Source: Squalus acanthias (lineage: Eukaryota). Taken from it: 64,000 nucleotides of DNA. The position numbers and the translations under genes were made by a program. Positions 37,159-49,605 of the stretch are shown here, piece after piece. The stretch spans positions 1 through 64,000 of the forward strand of contig JASTWF010000351.1 of NCBI GenBank assembly GCA_030390025.1. Reading direction: 5' to 3'. Each line of letters begins with the position of its first letter. Position 1 is the first letter of the stretch. The notes under the pieces were generated by a model, which was not told the DNA's origin, searched no databases, and saw only the letters and a list, made by a program, of their open reading frames with translations.

Positions 37159-37386
37159 ATGGTGTTACCCCAAGACGCGCCCCCTCGGGTAGGACAGTGG
37201 GTGATGGTTCAGCGACCGGTTCGAGGTACCTTTGAGCCACGGTGGGATGGGCCCTTCCAGATCCTCCTAAGTACAGGGACCTCCGTTTGCCTACAGAAAA
37301 AATTGGATGTAAGATGGAGACACTGGAGCCAGACCAAGCCGGTGACGGGGCCCGGGGAAGAGATTTCTCCATCTCTGGGAGACTAA
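37159..37386 (+). pseudogene. Integrase C-terminal (GPY/F) fragment
   Basis: VGQWVMVQRP...FEPRWDGPFQILLSTGTSVC...WRHWSQTK. Confidence 0.75.
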
Positions 37387-37964
37387 AATAAGTAAAATCC
37401 AGGATTTGCTGAGTGAAAGGAATCTTAAAGGGAATGCTGAGATCTCAGTCTGAGTGAAAAGTGTGAAAGTATTCCTGACTCTGAATGTTTAAGAAGTTAC
37501 AGTATTTCTTCGGACTGAAAGTCTGTTTTTAAAAGTGTCTGTCATTTTTGTTTTAGCTCCACCCACTCTTTCGTACAGAGAGCTAAAAGCTGTTTAACCC
37601 TTTGAAGACTTGTCTTGAAGGATGGACAAGTGCGTGTTGTTTTAAGTTTGTTAATTGTTTTACAAAAGATAAGCTTCAGCCTTGAAGTCACAGTTGCCAA
37701 TGTGCCTGGAAGAAAATGAATTTGAATGTTTACAAGGCATGGGTAATTGTTTCTTTGTTAATGTGGCTATGGTTTCTTTCTTTTCCAAGTGATACTGGTT
37801 AGTTAAAAAAAAATGATCTGGATTGAATTGGAGTTATTGAGGTTAATTAACCTATTAAAACCAGACTTTTATTGTGCACGGTGAAATTCTGGTTGGTGTA
37901 AATTTGTGTAGACCGCATTGAATAAAATATTTAATGGTCTGAAACCAGACTTTAAAATATTTAC

Positions 37965-38740
37965 AGTCTTGGATACAGAACGGGTTCTGGTCCATACCAT
38001 TGGCAGAGGAATCACAAGGGAAATTCGCCTTTACTGTCGGGGATAGACAGGATACATGGACCAGGGTCCCGCAGGGGTTCCACAATAGTCCAAATATACT
38101 CCACTGTGTACTGAGTCAAGCCTTAGACGAGTTAGACCTATCAAAGTATCAGAGTGCCCTACTCCAATATGTCAATGACATAATGATTGCATCAGAGGAT
38201 GCCAAAGGACACATGGGAGCATTACTAGCCACCCTCCAGACACTTAAGAAAGCTGGCTTTAAATTGAACCCAAAAAGGCACAGGTTGGACTGTCCAAAGT
38301 AAAGTATCTAGGACACAAAATTAGCCAGGGGTATAAGGCACTCCCGCAGGAATGAAAGGCAGCCATAAAAGACATGCCAAGGCCAGTGACCGTCCGGGGA
38401 GTGAGGAAAGTGTTGGGACTATTTAACTACTGCAGGAATTTTATATCAGACTTTGCAAGGAAAGCAGAGCCGATTCAACGGTTAGTTAAAGGGGGGAGAC
38501 AGAGCAGGAGGAAGCATATAGGGTCCTTGAACAGGAATTAATAACAGCCCCAGCCCTAGGACTGCCAGACCATACCCGACCCTTCCACTTGTACTGTGAC
38601 GAGGACCAAGGGAGTTATTCAGCCGTGGTAATGCAAGATCACGGAGGGAAACAGAGACCCATTGCGTTTTACTCCACCAAGAGGGATCCAGTAGCAAAGG
38701 CAATGCCACGATGTGTGGCTGCAATAGATTGTGCCACAAG
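37965..38740 (+). pseudogene. Retroviral-type RT and connection-domain fragment
   Basis: NGFWSIPL...FAFT...WTRVPQGFHNSP...LLQYVND; KYLGH; LGLFNYCRNFI; APALGLPD...PFHLY...QRPIAFYS. Confidence 0.85.
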
Positions 38741-39989
38741 AATTGAAAAAAAAACTGTGAACTACAATTTAAGTTAAGCTGGTGTGTAAAAACTGAGAAG
38801 AAGAACAAAAAGTTTGTTTAACAAAAGATTATGTTTCAGTCTAAGATTTAACCTTGGAGTCGCGGTTGCTATGGTGAAACCTTCCAAAGCAGTTTGATTT
38901 GATTTGTTTAAATGTGAAAAACTAATTTTTCTCCAGTTGTATTCAATGTTTACAGTTTTTGGAAAGACCTCTGAAGAAAGGACAATAAGAAATATGACGT
39001 AATTTACTGTATCTGCAAGAATGTGCTATTTTGTTTTCTTTTATTTGTTCTGTTTGTGTTTAGTTAAAGTGTGAAAACACAACTATCTTTTTCGATCAGG
39101 AAAGTTTTTTTTTAATTTACGTGAAGTGACGCAATTGCGTGCGCCGGATAATGTTTCGCTCCACCTTCTTAAAAACCTGCAAAGGAGTTAACCCTTTCCA
39201 CTGACAGCTGTTTAAGTTCACCAAGCAACAACTTAAGTATTGCTGAATGAAATTTAAAGATATTGGACATTATTAAATTTAAGTTTCTTAATTTTAAGTT
39301 AATATTTCCCCACAGTGACAGAAGGAAAATTATGATTTGATAAATTAACCCCTTGGGCTTTAAGCAGAGTCACAATGGATTCTCTTCTTTCTTTTGTTAT
39401 ATGGAAGTTACCTTGTAAACTAATTGCAGCACTTCTGTCTCTAATGTTAAAACACTGTGTAAGCCACCTAGCCTGGGAATCACTTGTTTCTGAAATTGGA
39501 ATTGATAAGATAAATTGATAGAAATGAAATTGAACATTGACAAAACCTGTCAGTTCAATAATACTGCTGTTTGGATTTTGGGATAATGCTGTAATAACAA
39601 AATGGACTCAGGCACTATATATTGGGTTACTTTTGGAAAAATAAAATATCCTCTAAAATAATGATAAATAAAAAGTGTTAATAACTTGGACCAAGTGAGA
39701 ATGTTTGATCTATGTTTTCAATCTTAAATATTGTACTGGACAGTAAAGTTTCTCCAGGGCTCATGAATGAGATATGAATGGTAATTAAAGGTGTAAACTA
39801 ATTGCAGCACTTCTGTCTCTAATGTTAAAACACTGTGTAAGCCACCTAGCCTGGGAATCACTTGTTTCTGAAATTGGAATTGGGATAAAATTGAAACAGG
39901 AGAATTACAATACTGAATGGGAATTTTCAAAACTTTCTAGGTGAAAGTCAGGAAAGTGTAGTTAAGAATAGTAAATTGATAGCTTTCTC

Positions 39990-41094
39990 TTGGAGACATT
40001 TGTCTCCCTGCCTTTAATGAACTTTTAAGAAAACTGAATTTGATAGTCTGGCCACTACCCAAGACATCAGAACCATACAGTGGAAGATGAGCAAGGATCT
40101 CCAGATGACTACAATCTTTTGATAAGATACCTGAAAGCCCGAGAAAGGCTTGTATCGGATGGCACGTGTGGCATAACATGGAGATACCGATATGAGTGTG
40201 CTAATGTGATTTGTTACGTATGAAGCAATTACCATCCGGAAATGTGTGGTTAATTTGCACTGAAGAACGGGTCTCAGACATGCTCTGTTACTTGACAACA
40301 GCAAGACATGAAATGGTTAATGTGGCTCAGGAGAGTGAGACAACTTTTAAAGCATTGACGCATACTCCATCGAGAAACTATCTAATTAATGAAACAATCA
40401 GAATAGAGTTAAACACACTGGTACCTGTTAGAGGGATTGAAATTGAAGTTGAAGTGGAGAGTTACATGGAATTTAGATTGGGACAATTGAGGGCTAAGGA
40501 GAAATCATGTTTAGCAAGAATTATACACAATATGGATACGAGTAAGAGATCTGGAGAATCTTTTCAAGTCCATGATTTGTTGATTAGATGTTAAACTGTA
40601 ATGTCGCTTGAAATGATTGTAAGACTGAATTCAACTGTGACTGTAATAATTGTGTTTTGTAGGTAACAGAGCGTGGGGAAAACCAGTACAATCCAGTATG
40701 AGGTGGTTTTGGTGGTGCCTCCTGTGTCACCACTACCGCAACTACCATGCTTTACGGGTCTAACAGGACCTGCGCATCAACCAACACGTTTTAAGTATGA
40801 GCTGCACAATTATGTGGCACAATTCAGATACGACATTTTCCCCTGTTGTTTGAGGGTTTCAGTGAGCTCGTGATGCGACTGAACTCCTCCCGAAAGCATT
40901 TTTATGTTTTGGAGCAAGACAACTCGAGAATACATTTTGAAATTGAAAGCATAGGGGACAACTCACACTGGTGGGATATTGGGCTTAATACACCAGCACG
41001 CCCTTATATGTGTATTATTTCACACGCTCTGGTAGTTCTCCAACTTGTAATGATAGTGTATTTGATATATGTAACCCATTTAGTAAGACTTTGA
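39990..41094 (+). pseudogene. Putative env remnant
   Basis: Located before the 3' LTR; Cys-rich pieces; heptad-like stretch then HWWD and hydrophobic IISHALVVLQLVMIVYLIYV. Confidence 0.5.
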
Positions 41095-41585
41095 TACATA
41101 AGCCAATTGGGTGCTCATGCCTACGACTAACCAGCACTAACAAATTAATTGAGCACACCGAAAGAGAAGATCCGAAGCAACGTAGAGGAGACCCCAGGCA
41201 GGGTAAGATCAGGAAAGATAGAAGAAACAGAGGATACCCCAGGCAGGGCAGAATTGGAACACCGGAACAGTGAATTGAATTTAATGATGGTGAAAGGAAA
41301 CCGGATGGGTACCAAGCTGGAAGGATGTGTCACCAGACATGCCATTATCATGTGCCCGCATGCAATCAGCCAAAGGCCTTGGGGGGGGGAGTATAGAACA
41401 AATTGGGAGGGGGGGGGGGGGTGGTGTTACAGGTAAACCTTCATCATTCGTGCTATTTGATCTGGAAAAACCTATATGCGTTTCTGACATATTATAAACC
41501 CACCAGCTTATCACACTATTTAGCATAGAGAGCACACTCTCCAACCCCACTTTAAGGGTCCTTTCCGGGGGTTGGAAGGGGGGAC

Positions 41586-42475
41586 TGAAGGATCCAGCTT
41601 GTTCCCAAAGAATTCTGGGATACTTGACTACATTAACCCTCTATTTTACCCATAGAGTAGGTTTAGCTAACTAAAGCACATTTGTAGATTGCAAGACGCC
41701 CCTTCCCTTATCAAACTTCGGAATGTGTGTATTCACAGCCTCAGTAGAGCCATTGTCAAAACACAGCCTGACCTCCCAAAAGATAAGGGTGCAATTAACA
41801 ACCAACACTGTTCGTCACTGGGCACATAAGCCATTACGGCCTTGAGCCATCCCGCTTGTTCAACAGTTAAGGATAAAATATGTTTTCTCAAACTATAAAC
41901 TATGCCTCTCTCTGCCGAGGTGTGATAAAGGGCAGTTAGAAAGATTAACTGTAATCATCTGGCAGTGTTCTCTGACTATATATGCTGTGCCTATATGCAT
42001 CTCTTCACTTCACCCGACGAAGGAGCAGCGCTCCGAAAGCTTGTGATTTCAAATAAATCTGTTGGACTATAACCTGGTGTTGTGCGACTTCTCACATATG
42101 CCTACAAAGGGGAAGAGATAACAGCAGGAATGTGGGGAGCAGGATGAGACAAACAACATCTGTGGCTGGCATGGTCAGGAGGTATCCGAGTTCAAGGGGA
42201 GGGCCCGACAGTTGAGTGACTAACCACATAACCAATAAAGAGTAACTGTAGTGACACTGTTTGTACATGTATGCCCCCATTCTGTAGTAAGTGGGCGGTG
42301 CTTATAGAAATGTATAACTTGAATGAACTGTTACTTGTCCCTAGAGAGTGCACCCCTAGCCTGAGGAAGCTGAGTGGCTCTCCCTTGTGCACAAGTCTTT
42401 TGTTTGTTTCAATAAATTCTGAACTTGTCCTCAATTCCGTCTCCGTCTGAGGTTTCTCCAAATTCGAATCTAACA
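41586..42475 (+). repeat. 3' LTR, carrying a 189-bp insertion
   Basis: Colinear with the 5' LTR apart from the insertion and roughly 20 substitutions counted by eye. Confidence 0.95.
41908..42096 (+). mobile_element. Short hammerhead-containing retroposon (Penelope-type terminal repeat)
   Basis: Absent from the 5' LTR; TSD tatgcct (41901-41907, 42097-42103); tcac-CCGACGA-aggagcagcgctcc-GAAAGCTT-gtga. Confidence 0.8.
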
Positions 42476-43057
42476 GTACCGATATGGACAACGACCTCTG
42501 GCTGCTCACACTCCCCCTCAAGAGTGTTCTGCAGCCGCTCAGTGACATCCTTAACCCTGGCACCCGGGAGGCAACATACCATCCTGGAGTCAGGTCTGCA
42601 GCTGCAGAAACGCCTGTCTGCTCCCCTAACTATTGAATCCCCTCCCACTATTGCTTTCCCTGTCTTCCTCCTCCACCCCTGTGCAGCTGAGCCACCCGTG
42701 TTGCCACGGACTTGGCTCTGGCTGTGCTCTCCAGAGGAACCATCACCCTCACCAGTACTCAGCACAGAATACTGGTTGGAGAGCGAGATGCACTCAGGGG
42801 ACTCCTGCACTACCTGCCTGGTCCTCCTCTTCTGTCTGGCAGTCACCCATTCCCTCTCTGCCTGCGCACTCATTAGATGTGGGGTGACCACCTCCTGAAA
42901 CGTGCTGTCCACGAAGCTCTCAGCCTCACAGATGCAGCGCTGTGACACCAGTTGCTGCTCAAGCTCCGAAACCCGGAGCTTGAGCTCCTCCAGCTGACGA
43001 CACTTCCTGCACACGTGGTTGTCCAGGACACGGGAAGCGTCCTGGAGTTCCCGCTAC

Positions 43058-43608
43058 TTTTTTTATTCGTTCATGGGATGATTGCGTCACTAGCAAGGCC
43101 AGCATTTATTGCCCATCCCTAATTGCTCGAGAAGGTGGCAGTGAGCCGCCTTCTTGAACCGCTGCAGTCCGTGTGGTGAAGGTGCTCCCACAGTGCTGTT
43201 AGGGAGGGAGTTCCAGGATTTTGACCCAGCGGCGATGAAGGAATGGCGATAATTTCTAAGTCAGGATGGTGTGTGACTTGGAGGGGAACTTGGAGGTGGT
43301 GGTGCTCGCATGCCGCTGCTGCACTTGTCGTTCTAGGTGGAAGAGGTCACGGGTTTGGGAGGTGCTGCCGAAGAAGCCTTGGCGAGTTGCTGCAGTGCAT
43401 CTTGTAGATGGTACACACTGCAGCCACGGTACGCCAGTGGTGGAGGGAGTGCATGTTTAAGGTGGTGGATGGGGTGCCAATCAAGCGGGCTGCTTTGTCC
43501 TGGATGGTGTCGAGCTTCTTGAGTGTTGTTGGAGCTGCGCTCATCCAGGCAAGTGGAGAGTATTCCATCACACTCCTTACTTGTGCCTTGTAGATGGTGG
43601 AAAGGCCC
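43058..43608 (-). mobile_element. 3' fragment of an L2/CR1-group LINE
   Basis: IYKAQVRSVMEYSPLAW...LDTIQDKAARLI RT C-terminus; A-rich 3' end at about 43058. Confidence 0.75.
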
Positions 43609-44527
43609 AGGATGTGCATCCGCTGGTCCGAGTTGCCCTGCTGTGCCTTTAATTATTCGACTATTAACTAACTGCTTTTTTCAGTAACAGAAATAAACTC
43701 GAGACTTGAAACAATCCCGCCCCAATCTGCTCCTTCCCTTGTGCTGAGGTCACTTACCTCGCTCCCTGACACTGGCGCTCCCTCCAGGCTCTTGGGCCTG
43801 TCTTTATCTGCGGCCGCTCCTCTCGCTGTCCCACAGCTCCGCTCTCGTGCCTATTAACTTGGGTTCTGTGGCTCCACTCCTCTTTTTCAGTCAGACGTCT
43901 CCACCGCCTTCTTCCTCTCCACCAATTCCTGCCCCCACTCTGCTTGTGAATCACTGCGTTTGTGAATCTCCCGGCTCTGTCTCCAAGCTCTGTGCTCAAG
44001 CTCAGTATTTGAAACAATGATCTCGATGCAGGAAATAGTGCACGATATGTTAGTTCCAGGAGATTAAATCAAGGACACCATCACAATCAGCAAAGACAAT
44101 GACAAAGATCAGAACATTTCAAAGGCTGTCACATGCAGTACCTGTGGAGGAGTTGTACTAACCGGATCCAAGAAGTGTTAAACCATGCACACAATAACTG
44201 ATTTCAAATCTGAAGCAAGAGAGTTCTTTCAAGGGTTAGTTGAAAGGAATTTCAGATGAGTATAAAGTGAGACACTGTAGTTCAGACTATGACACCCACA
44301 AGCCATGTAGTCAAACGGAACCAGCTTGGGGTTCGATGTGGTCAAAGGTGAACTAGGTGAGAAGTGATATAATCAAGAGTAAGAAAAGCCCAAAAATGGA
44401 ACAGACAGTAACAGAACATCAATAAGTCTCCTCTCATCATGGAGAAATCAAATATTCAATACACTGTGTTTGAAACAAAGCTGCTTTATTCAATAGGAGC
44501 AGACTAAGAAAGACTACGAAAAATTCA

Positions 44528-45349
44528 AAAATGTGTTTAGAATGCATGTACGTAAACGCACAAAGTGTGGTGAATAAGGTTGGTGAGCTACAAGCACAAT
44601 TAGCCGTGCGGCAATATGATGTTGTGGCAATAACGGAAACGCGGCTTAAAAACGGTGAGGACTGGGCATTTAATATTCAAGGGTACAAGGTGTTCAGAAA
44701 AGATAGGGAAGGAAAAAAGGGAGGTGGGGTGGCAGTGCTGATTAAGGAAGACATTGTAGTGTTGGAAAGGGAGGATGTTCTTGAGGGGACAAGGACAGAA
44801 TCCATTTGGTTAGAGTTGAAGAGCAAAAAGTGTATGATCACACTATTGGGGCTATTCTATAGGCCTCCAAATAGTGAAAGGGAGTTAGAGGAGCAAATCT
44901 GCAGGGAAATCGCAGAGATATGCAAGAGCTAGAGTGGTGATATTGGGGGACTTTAATTACCCAAATATCGATTGGGATAATGCTAGGGTAAAGGGAAAGG
45001 AGTGGGAGGAATTTCTGAAATGTGTTCAGGAGAATTTCCTTGACCAGTATGTTCTTGGCCCAACTAGGAAGGAGACATTGCTGGATCTGGTGCTGGGGAA
45101 TGAGGTGGGCCAGGTCAACCAAGTGTCTGTTGGAGAACACTTGGGTACGAGTGATCATCGTATCATAAGATTTAGATTAGCAATGGAGAGGAGCAAGGAA
45201 CAATCTAGAGTGGAACTTCTAAACTGGAATAGGGCTAACTTCAATGGGATGCGAAAGGATCTAGCCAGGGTAAAATGGTACCAAAGCCTGACAGGAAAAA
45301 CTGTAATGGAACAATGGGTGATCTTTCATGAGGAGATGTTCCAAGTACA
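44528..45349 (+). mobile_element. CR1 endonuclease fragment
   Basis: YVNAQSVVNK, ITET, YRPP, GDFN and SDH motifs. Confidence 0.88.
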
Positions 45350-45533
45350 ATTTCAAAACGCACATTATAAAATGCATTTCCTGGTTCAATTACTTCTAGT
45401 CCATATAATCAATTTTAATTTCACAAACAAATTATGCTCAGACTTTGTGATTTTACAAAGAAGACAAAAGTAACAATTGTGTTTGGATGTGAGTCATTTA
45501 TCCTCCCCTTCGAGCAATGTGTCTTGGAAAATA

Positions 45534-46150
45534 GGATTACACAGGATATACGGCACAGAAACACACCATTCGGCCCAAACAGTCCATGCCGGCGTTTATG
45601 CTCCACTCGAGCCTCCTCCCGTCTTTCCTCATCTAAATCTATCATTATAACCCTATATTCCCTTCTCCCTCATATGCTTGTCTAGCCTCCCCTTAAATGC
45701 ATCTATACTATTCACTCCAACCACTCCCTGTGGTAGCGAGTTCCACATTCTCACCACTCTCTGGGTAAAGAAGTTTCTCCTGAATTCCCTATTTGATTCC
45801 TTGGTGACTATCTTATATTGATGGCCTCTAGTTATGCTCTTCCCCACAAGTGGAAACACTCTCTCTGTATCCACTCTATCAAAACCTTTCATAATTTTAA
45901 AGACCTCTATTGGGTCACCACTCAGCCTTCTTTTTTCAAGAGAAAAGAGACCCAGCCTGTTCATCCTTTCCTGACAGGTATACCCTCTCATTTCTGGTAT
46001 CATCCTTGTAAATCTTCTCTGCACCCTCTCCAGTGCCTCTATATCCTTTTTATAATATGGTGACCAGAATTGTACGCAGTACTCCAGGTGTGGTCTAACC
46101 AAGGTTCGAACAAGTTTAGCATAACTTCACTACTTTTCCATTCTATAACT
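45534..46150 (-). mobile_element. CR1 3' fragment
   Basis: VRPHLEYCVQFWSP...FFTQRVV; CR1-type 3'UTR. Confidence 0.88.
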
Positions 46151-47452
46151 ATTCAATTCTATAACAATCGATCCCAATAATTTAACCCAATAGATTAATG
46201 TCTTAAGTCCAATTTTGTCAGCACGCTGCGACATTCGATGTCTGCAGATAACAGGAGATAAATTCTTTAAACTGCTGGATCTCTTGCTCTGCCATCAACC
46301 TCTTATCAAACTGGAGCTGGCATTGCCTAATATGGTCGTCTCTGGCTACTGCACAGTCAAGAGACACAAGTCTGCATTTTCTTCAACACACATCAACAAC
46401 GTCAGAAGCAGGTAAAAACACTGTGGCCTTCCTGGGGCAGCACAAACCACTAGTCTCCAGACTTTTCTTATCCCAACATCATATTTCTGATCGAAACATT
46501 CTATGATGAAAATATCCAAGGCCAGTTGGTTGCAAACACCAGCTGTTGCTCAGTGAAATCTCTCTCTCTCTCTCTCTAATGATACCAACCACATTTTCCC
46601 CGATATCGAATGAACTAAACATGAACACCTTTCAGAAGCTGAATTAACTGAGGTCCATATGCCAACACAACTTTCATCTTCCATTCACTTCAATTGAAAG
46701 GAAACCGACAGATTGGACCAGTCAGGATTTGAAAGATACTTACAACAGATTCTAGATGTTCTTAGAGTTGGGATCTTTCTCTATTCTGTCCACTCGAGGA
46801 GTTAGATAACAGACTTTCTCCTGTGAATATAGAGCTGGATTATTGGGCCGTGATGTGTTCACTGGTTCATCTTGTTGACTCTAAACCTCTGCCAATTATT
46901 TGATGTGATCTGTTTACTTGTACGTATTTTTTTAAATACACTTGCTGAGTGGATTCAAATTTAAATTGAAACCAGGTTTGCAGGCGCAATGCTCTATTCA
47001 CACATCGAAGGTGAGAGAGATGCTGTGGGACACACGCTAAGTCCAGTAGCTGAAAGTGATTAACAGACTGGGTTTTGTGTTTAGTGATCCCAGGTGTGTT
47101 ACCGAGACCTTCCCTGGATACCAAGGCTAGGAGAGGCACTCTGGAAGGTCTGGGGAGCTGGGACATGTCCATGAGAGTAACCGAAGGTACGAGAACTGAA
47201 ATAATCTCGAGTTAGAAAGGAGAAAAGGCCCAAAAATGGAGCAGTCAGTAACAGGACATCAATTAATCTCCTCTTATCTTGGAGACATTAAATATCGACA
47301 CAGTGTTATTTGAAATATCAAAATATTAAACTCCAGCCCAGTTATAGGGGTTATTAACATCAGCAGAAACAAACTCCAACTGTCAGAATGAACATGATTC
47401 AGTCCGGGATGTGATTAACAGCAGCAAAAACATCAGAATCCAACCCCTGCAG

Positions 47453-48331
47453 TCACTTGTGAACTCGCTGGTGTCTCAGCAGGCTGGATGAAGTAGTGAA
47501 TCCTCTCCCACAGTCGGAGCAGGTGAACGGCCTCTCCCCAGTGTGAACACGCTGGTGAGTTAGAAGGTTGGCAAACTGAGTGAATTCCTTCCCACACTCA
47601 GAGCAGGTGAACGGCCTCTCCCCAGTGTGAACTCGCTGGTGTATCAGCAGGCTGGATGACTGAATGAATCCCTTCCCACACACAGAGCAGGTGAATGGCC
47701 TCTCCCCAGTGTGAACTCGCTGGTGAGTTAGAAGGTTGGTTGACTGAGTGAATTCCTTCCCACACTCAGAGCAGGTGAACGGCCTCTCCCCACTGTGAAC
47801 TCGCTGGTGTTTCAGCAGGTTGGATGACTCAGTGAATCCCTTCCCACACTCAGAGCAGGTGAATGGTTTCTCTCCAGTGTGAACTCGCTGGTGTGTCAGC
47901 AGGCTGGATGACTGAGTGAATCCCTTCCCACACTCAGAGCAGGGGAACGGCCTCTCCCCGGTGTGAACTCGCTGGTGTGTCAGCAGGTTGGATGACTGAG
48001 CGAATCTCTTCCCACACTCAGAGCAGGTGAACGGCCACTCCCCAGTGTGAGTGCGTTGGTGTGTCAGCAGATCGCTTGTGCTTTTAAAGCTCTTTTCACA
48101 GTCAGAACATTTAAATGGTCTCTCATCAGTGTGAACAAGCTGGTGTTTCAGCAGGCTGGATGACCGAATGAATCCCTTCCCACACACGAGGCAGGTGAAC
48201 GGCCTCTCCCCGGTGTGACTGCGCCGATGAGTTTCCAGCTGGGACGGGTAACTGAATCCCTTCCCACAGTCCCCACATTTCCACGGTTTCTCCGTGCTGC
48301 GGGTATTCTTGTGACTCTCCAGGTTGGATGA
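47453..48331 (-). CDS. Tandem C2H2 zinc-finger protein, 10 intact fingers, no in-frame ATG (possible pseudogene)
   Basis: Open frame from the TGA at 48332-48334 to stop 47453; TGERPF linkers; begins ...[14 protein letters not shown]. Further fingers interrupted by stops lie upstream; splice acceptor at 48660. Confidence 0.85.
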   Translation of the reverse strand, partial: SSNLESHKNTRSTEKPWKCGDCGKGFSYPSQLETHRRSHTGERPFTCLVCGKGFIRSSSLLKHQLVHTDERPFKCSDCEKSFKSTSDLLTHQRTHTGEWPFTCSECGKRFAQSSNLLTHQRVHTGERPFPCSECGKGFTQSSSLLTHQRVHTGEKPFTCSECGKGFTESSNLLKHQRVHSGERPFTCSECGKEFTQSTNLLTHQRVHTGERPFTCSVCGKGFIQSSSLLIHQRVHTGERPFTCSECGKEFTQFANLLTHQRVHTGERPFTCSDCGRGFTTSSSLLRHQRVHK

Positions 48332-48899
48332 TCAGTTGAAGCCTCGTCCACACACAGAACACGTGTACGGTTTCTCCCCGCTGTGAATGGTGCGATGTTT
48401 TTTCAGGCTGTGTAACTGGTTAAAGCTCTTTCCGCAGGCAGTGCACTGGAACACTCTCACTTGGGTGTATTTGTCTCAGTGCTATTCCAGTCACACTGAT
48501 GTTTGAAATCTTTTCCCACAGACAGAACAGACAAACATTTCTCCTTCCACATTCAAAGGCCGATGATATTCAGGTCCTGAGTAATCTAGTGACTCTGTCA
48601 GATCTTGATGTGATGTTTGGTTCGAGTTTCCTGTCTGCAAGTCCTCCCCTTCTAATACCCTGTAAAAGGAGTTTACAAAATTCATCACTGTAAATAAAGG
48701 ACAGAAATATGGAACATTCTTTCCTCTTGTTTCCCTAAAGCTGTAAATCCCCGTCCCACACACTCTCCCTCCTCTCAATGCTGAAATCCAAACCCGTCGC
48801 ACCATCTCCAACATTTTCTCCCCCACTCCCAGTTTTCTCGCTCCCTTTCCTCTGGCTGGGTTCAATTCTACACCCGCTGTGTGCAGAGTGAGAGTAAAA

Positions 48900-49050
48900 T
48901 CAATGAGTCAATGATTGCCTCTCCTGGTCACTGGGACCCTGAAGCCCCGCCCACTCCTTGTTCCTGTACTAAGATGGCCGCACACGCTCCGCGATCCCTC
49001 CTTGTCCAAGATGGCGGCCAGTGACCCCGCTCACCCGGGCGGCAGGACCT
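48900..49050 (-). promoter_or_regulatory. CpG promoter of the zinc-finger gene
   Basis: GC box ccccgccc and two YY1-type aagatggc motifs immediately upstream of the gene. Confidence 0.6.
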
Positions 49051-49605
49051 GTCATCATTGACAGGTCACATTCTCCACCGCCAGGAATTCTGGGGAAACA
49101 TACCGCCAATGAAATCCCCAATTGTTGAAGAGTAAATTTATTTTTTGTCCACCGATTGTGATTGGGCCTTTTTCACTAACTGCAGAGGTGACACTAAGTT
49201 GCCTCAGTGTCACCAGATGGGAACAAGTTAAGGCAAGGGCCCTAGTGCACCCCAGTATGAAACATACCATAATAACTGTACAATACAGCGACACAAATAA
49301 TAATATCATAATGTGAATGTGAGGATGGATTATTGCCTCTTTAACCAGTGGTGCCCACCAGTCTGGGAAGGTATCAGGTGTACCAGTGGACACCGCCTGC
49401 TCCCTCTCCAAGGCCACGGACAAGAGAGGGAGGCAGCCAGAGCGACTGCCCCATGGGCCCCACCTATACTGGACCTACAAATTGCTGTTTTAGACAGACC
49501 CAAGAGCAGGCTCAAGTAGCAATCCTCCAACTTACCCACACCCACCCCTATCCTCCCCCACCCCGCCGCGGCCAAAGATTAGGAGTGTGGGACTGAAGAC
49601 TAACC

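Larger units (their letters stand above)
34597..42475 (+). mobile_element. Defective endogenous retrovirus-like LTR element
   Basis: TG...CA LTRs, 4-bp TSD gtac (34593-34596, 42476-42479), PBS, polypurine tract ggaaggggggg before 41586, and gag/pol/env-like remnants. Confidence 0.95.
33954..43830 (-). mobile_element. CR1 LINE 5' part (ORF1 + start of ORF2), split by an ERV (34597-42475) and a LINE fragment (43058-43608)
   Basis: ORF1 VVVHIGT|NNVGRK is continuous across the ERV; GDSIV motif; ends EGLN* at 34265. The left limit of the 5'UTR part is approximate. Confidence 0.85.
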
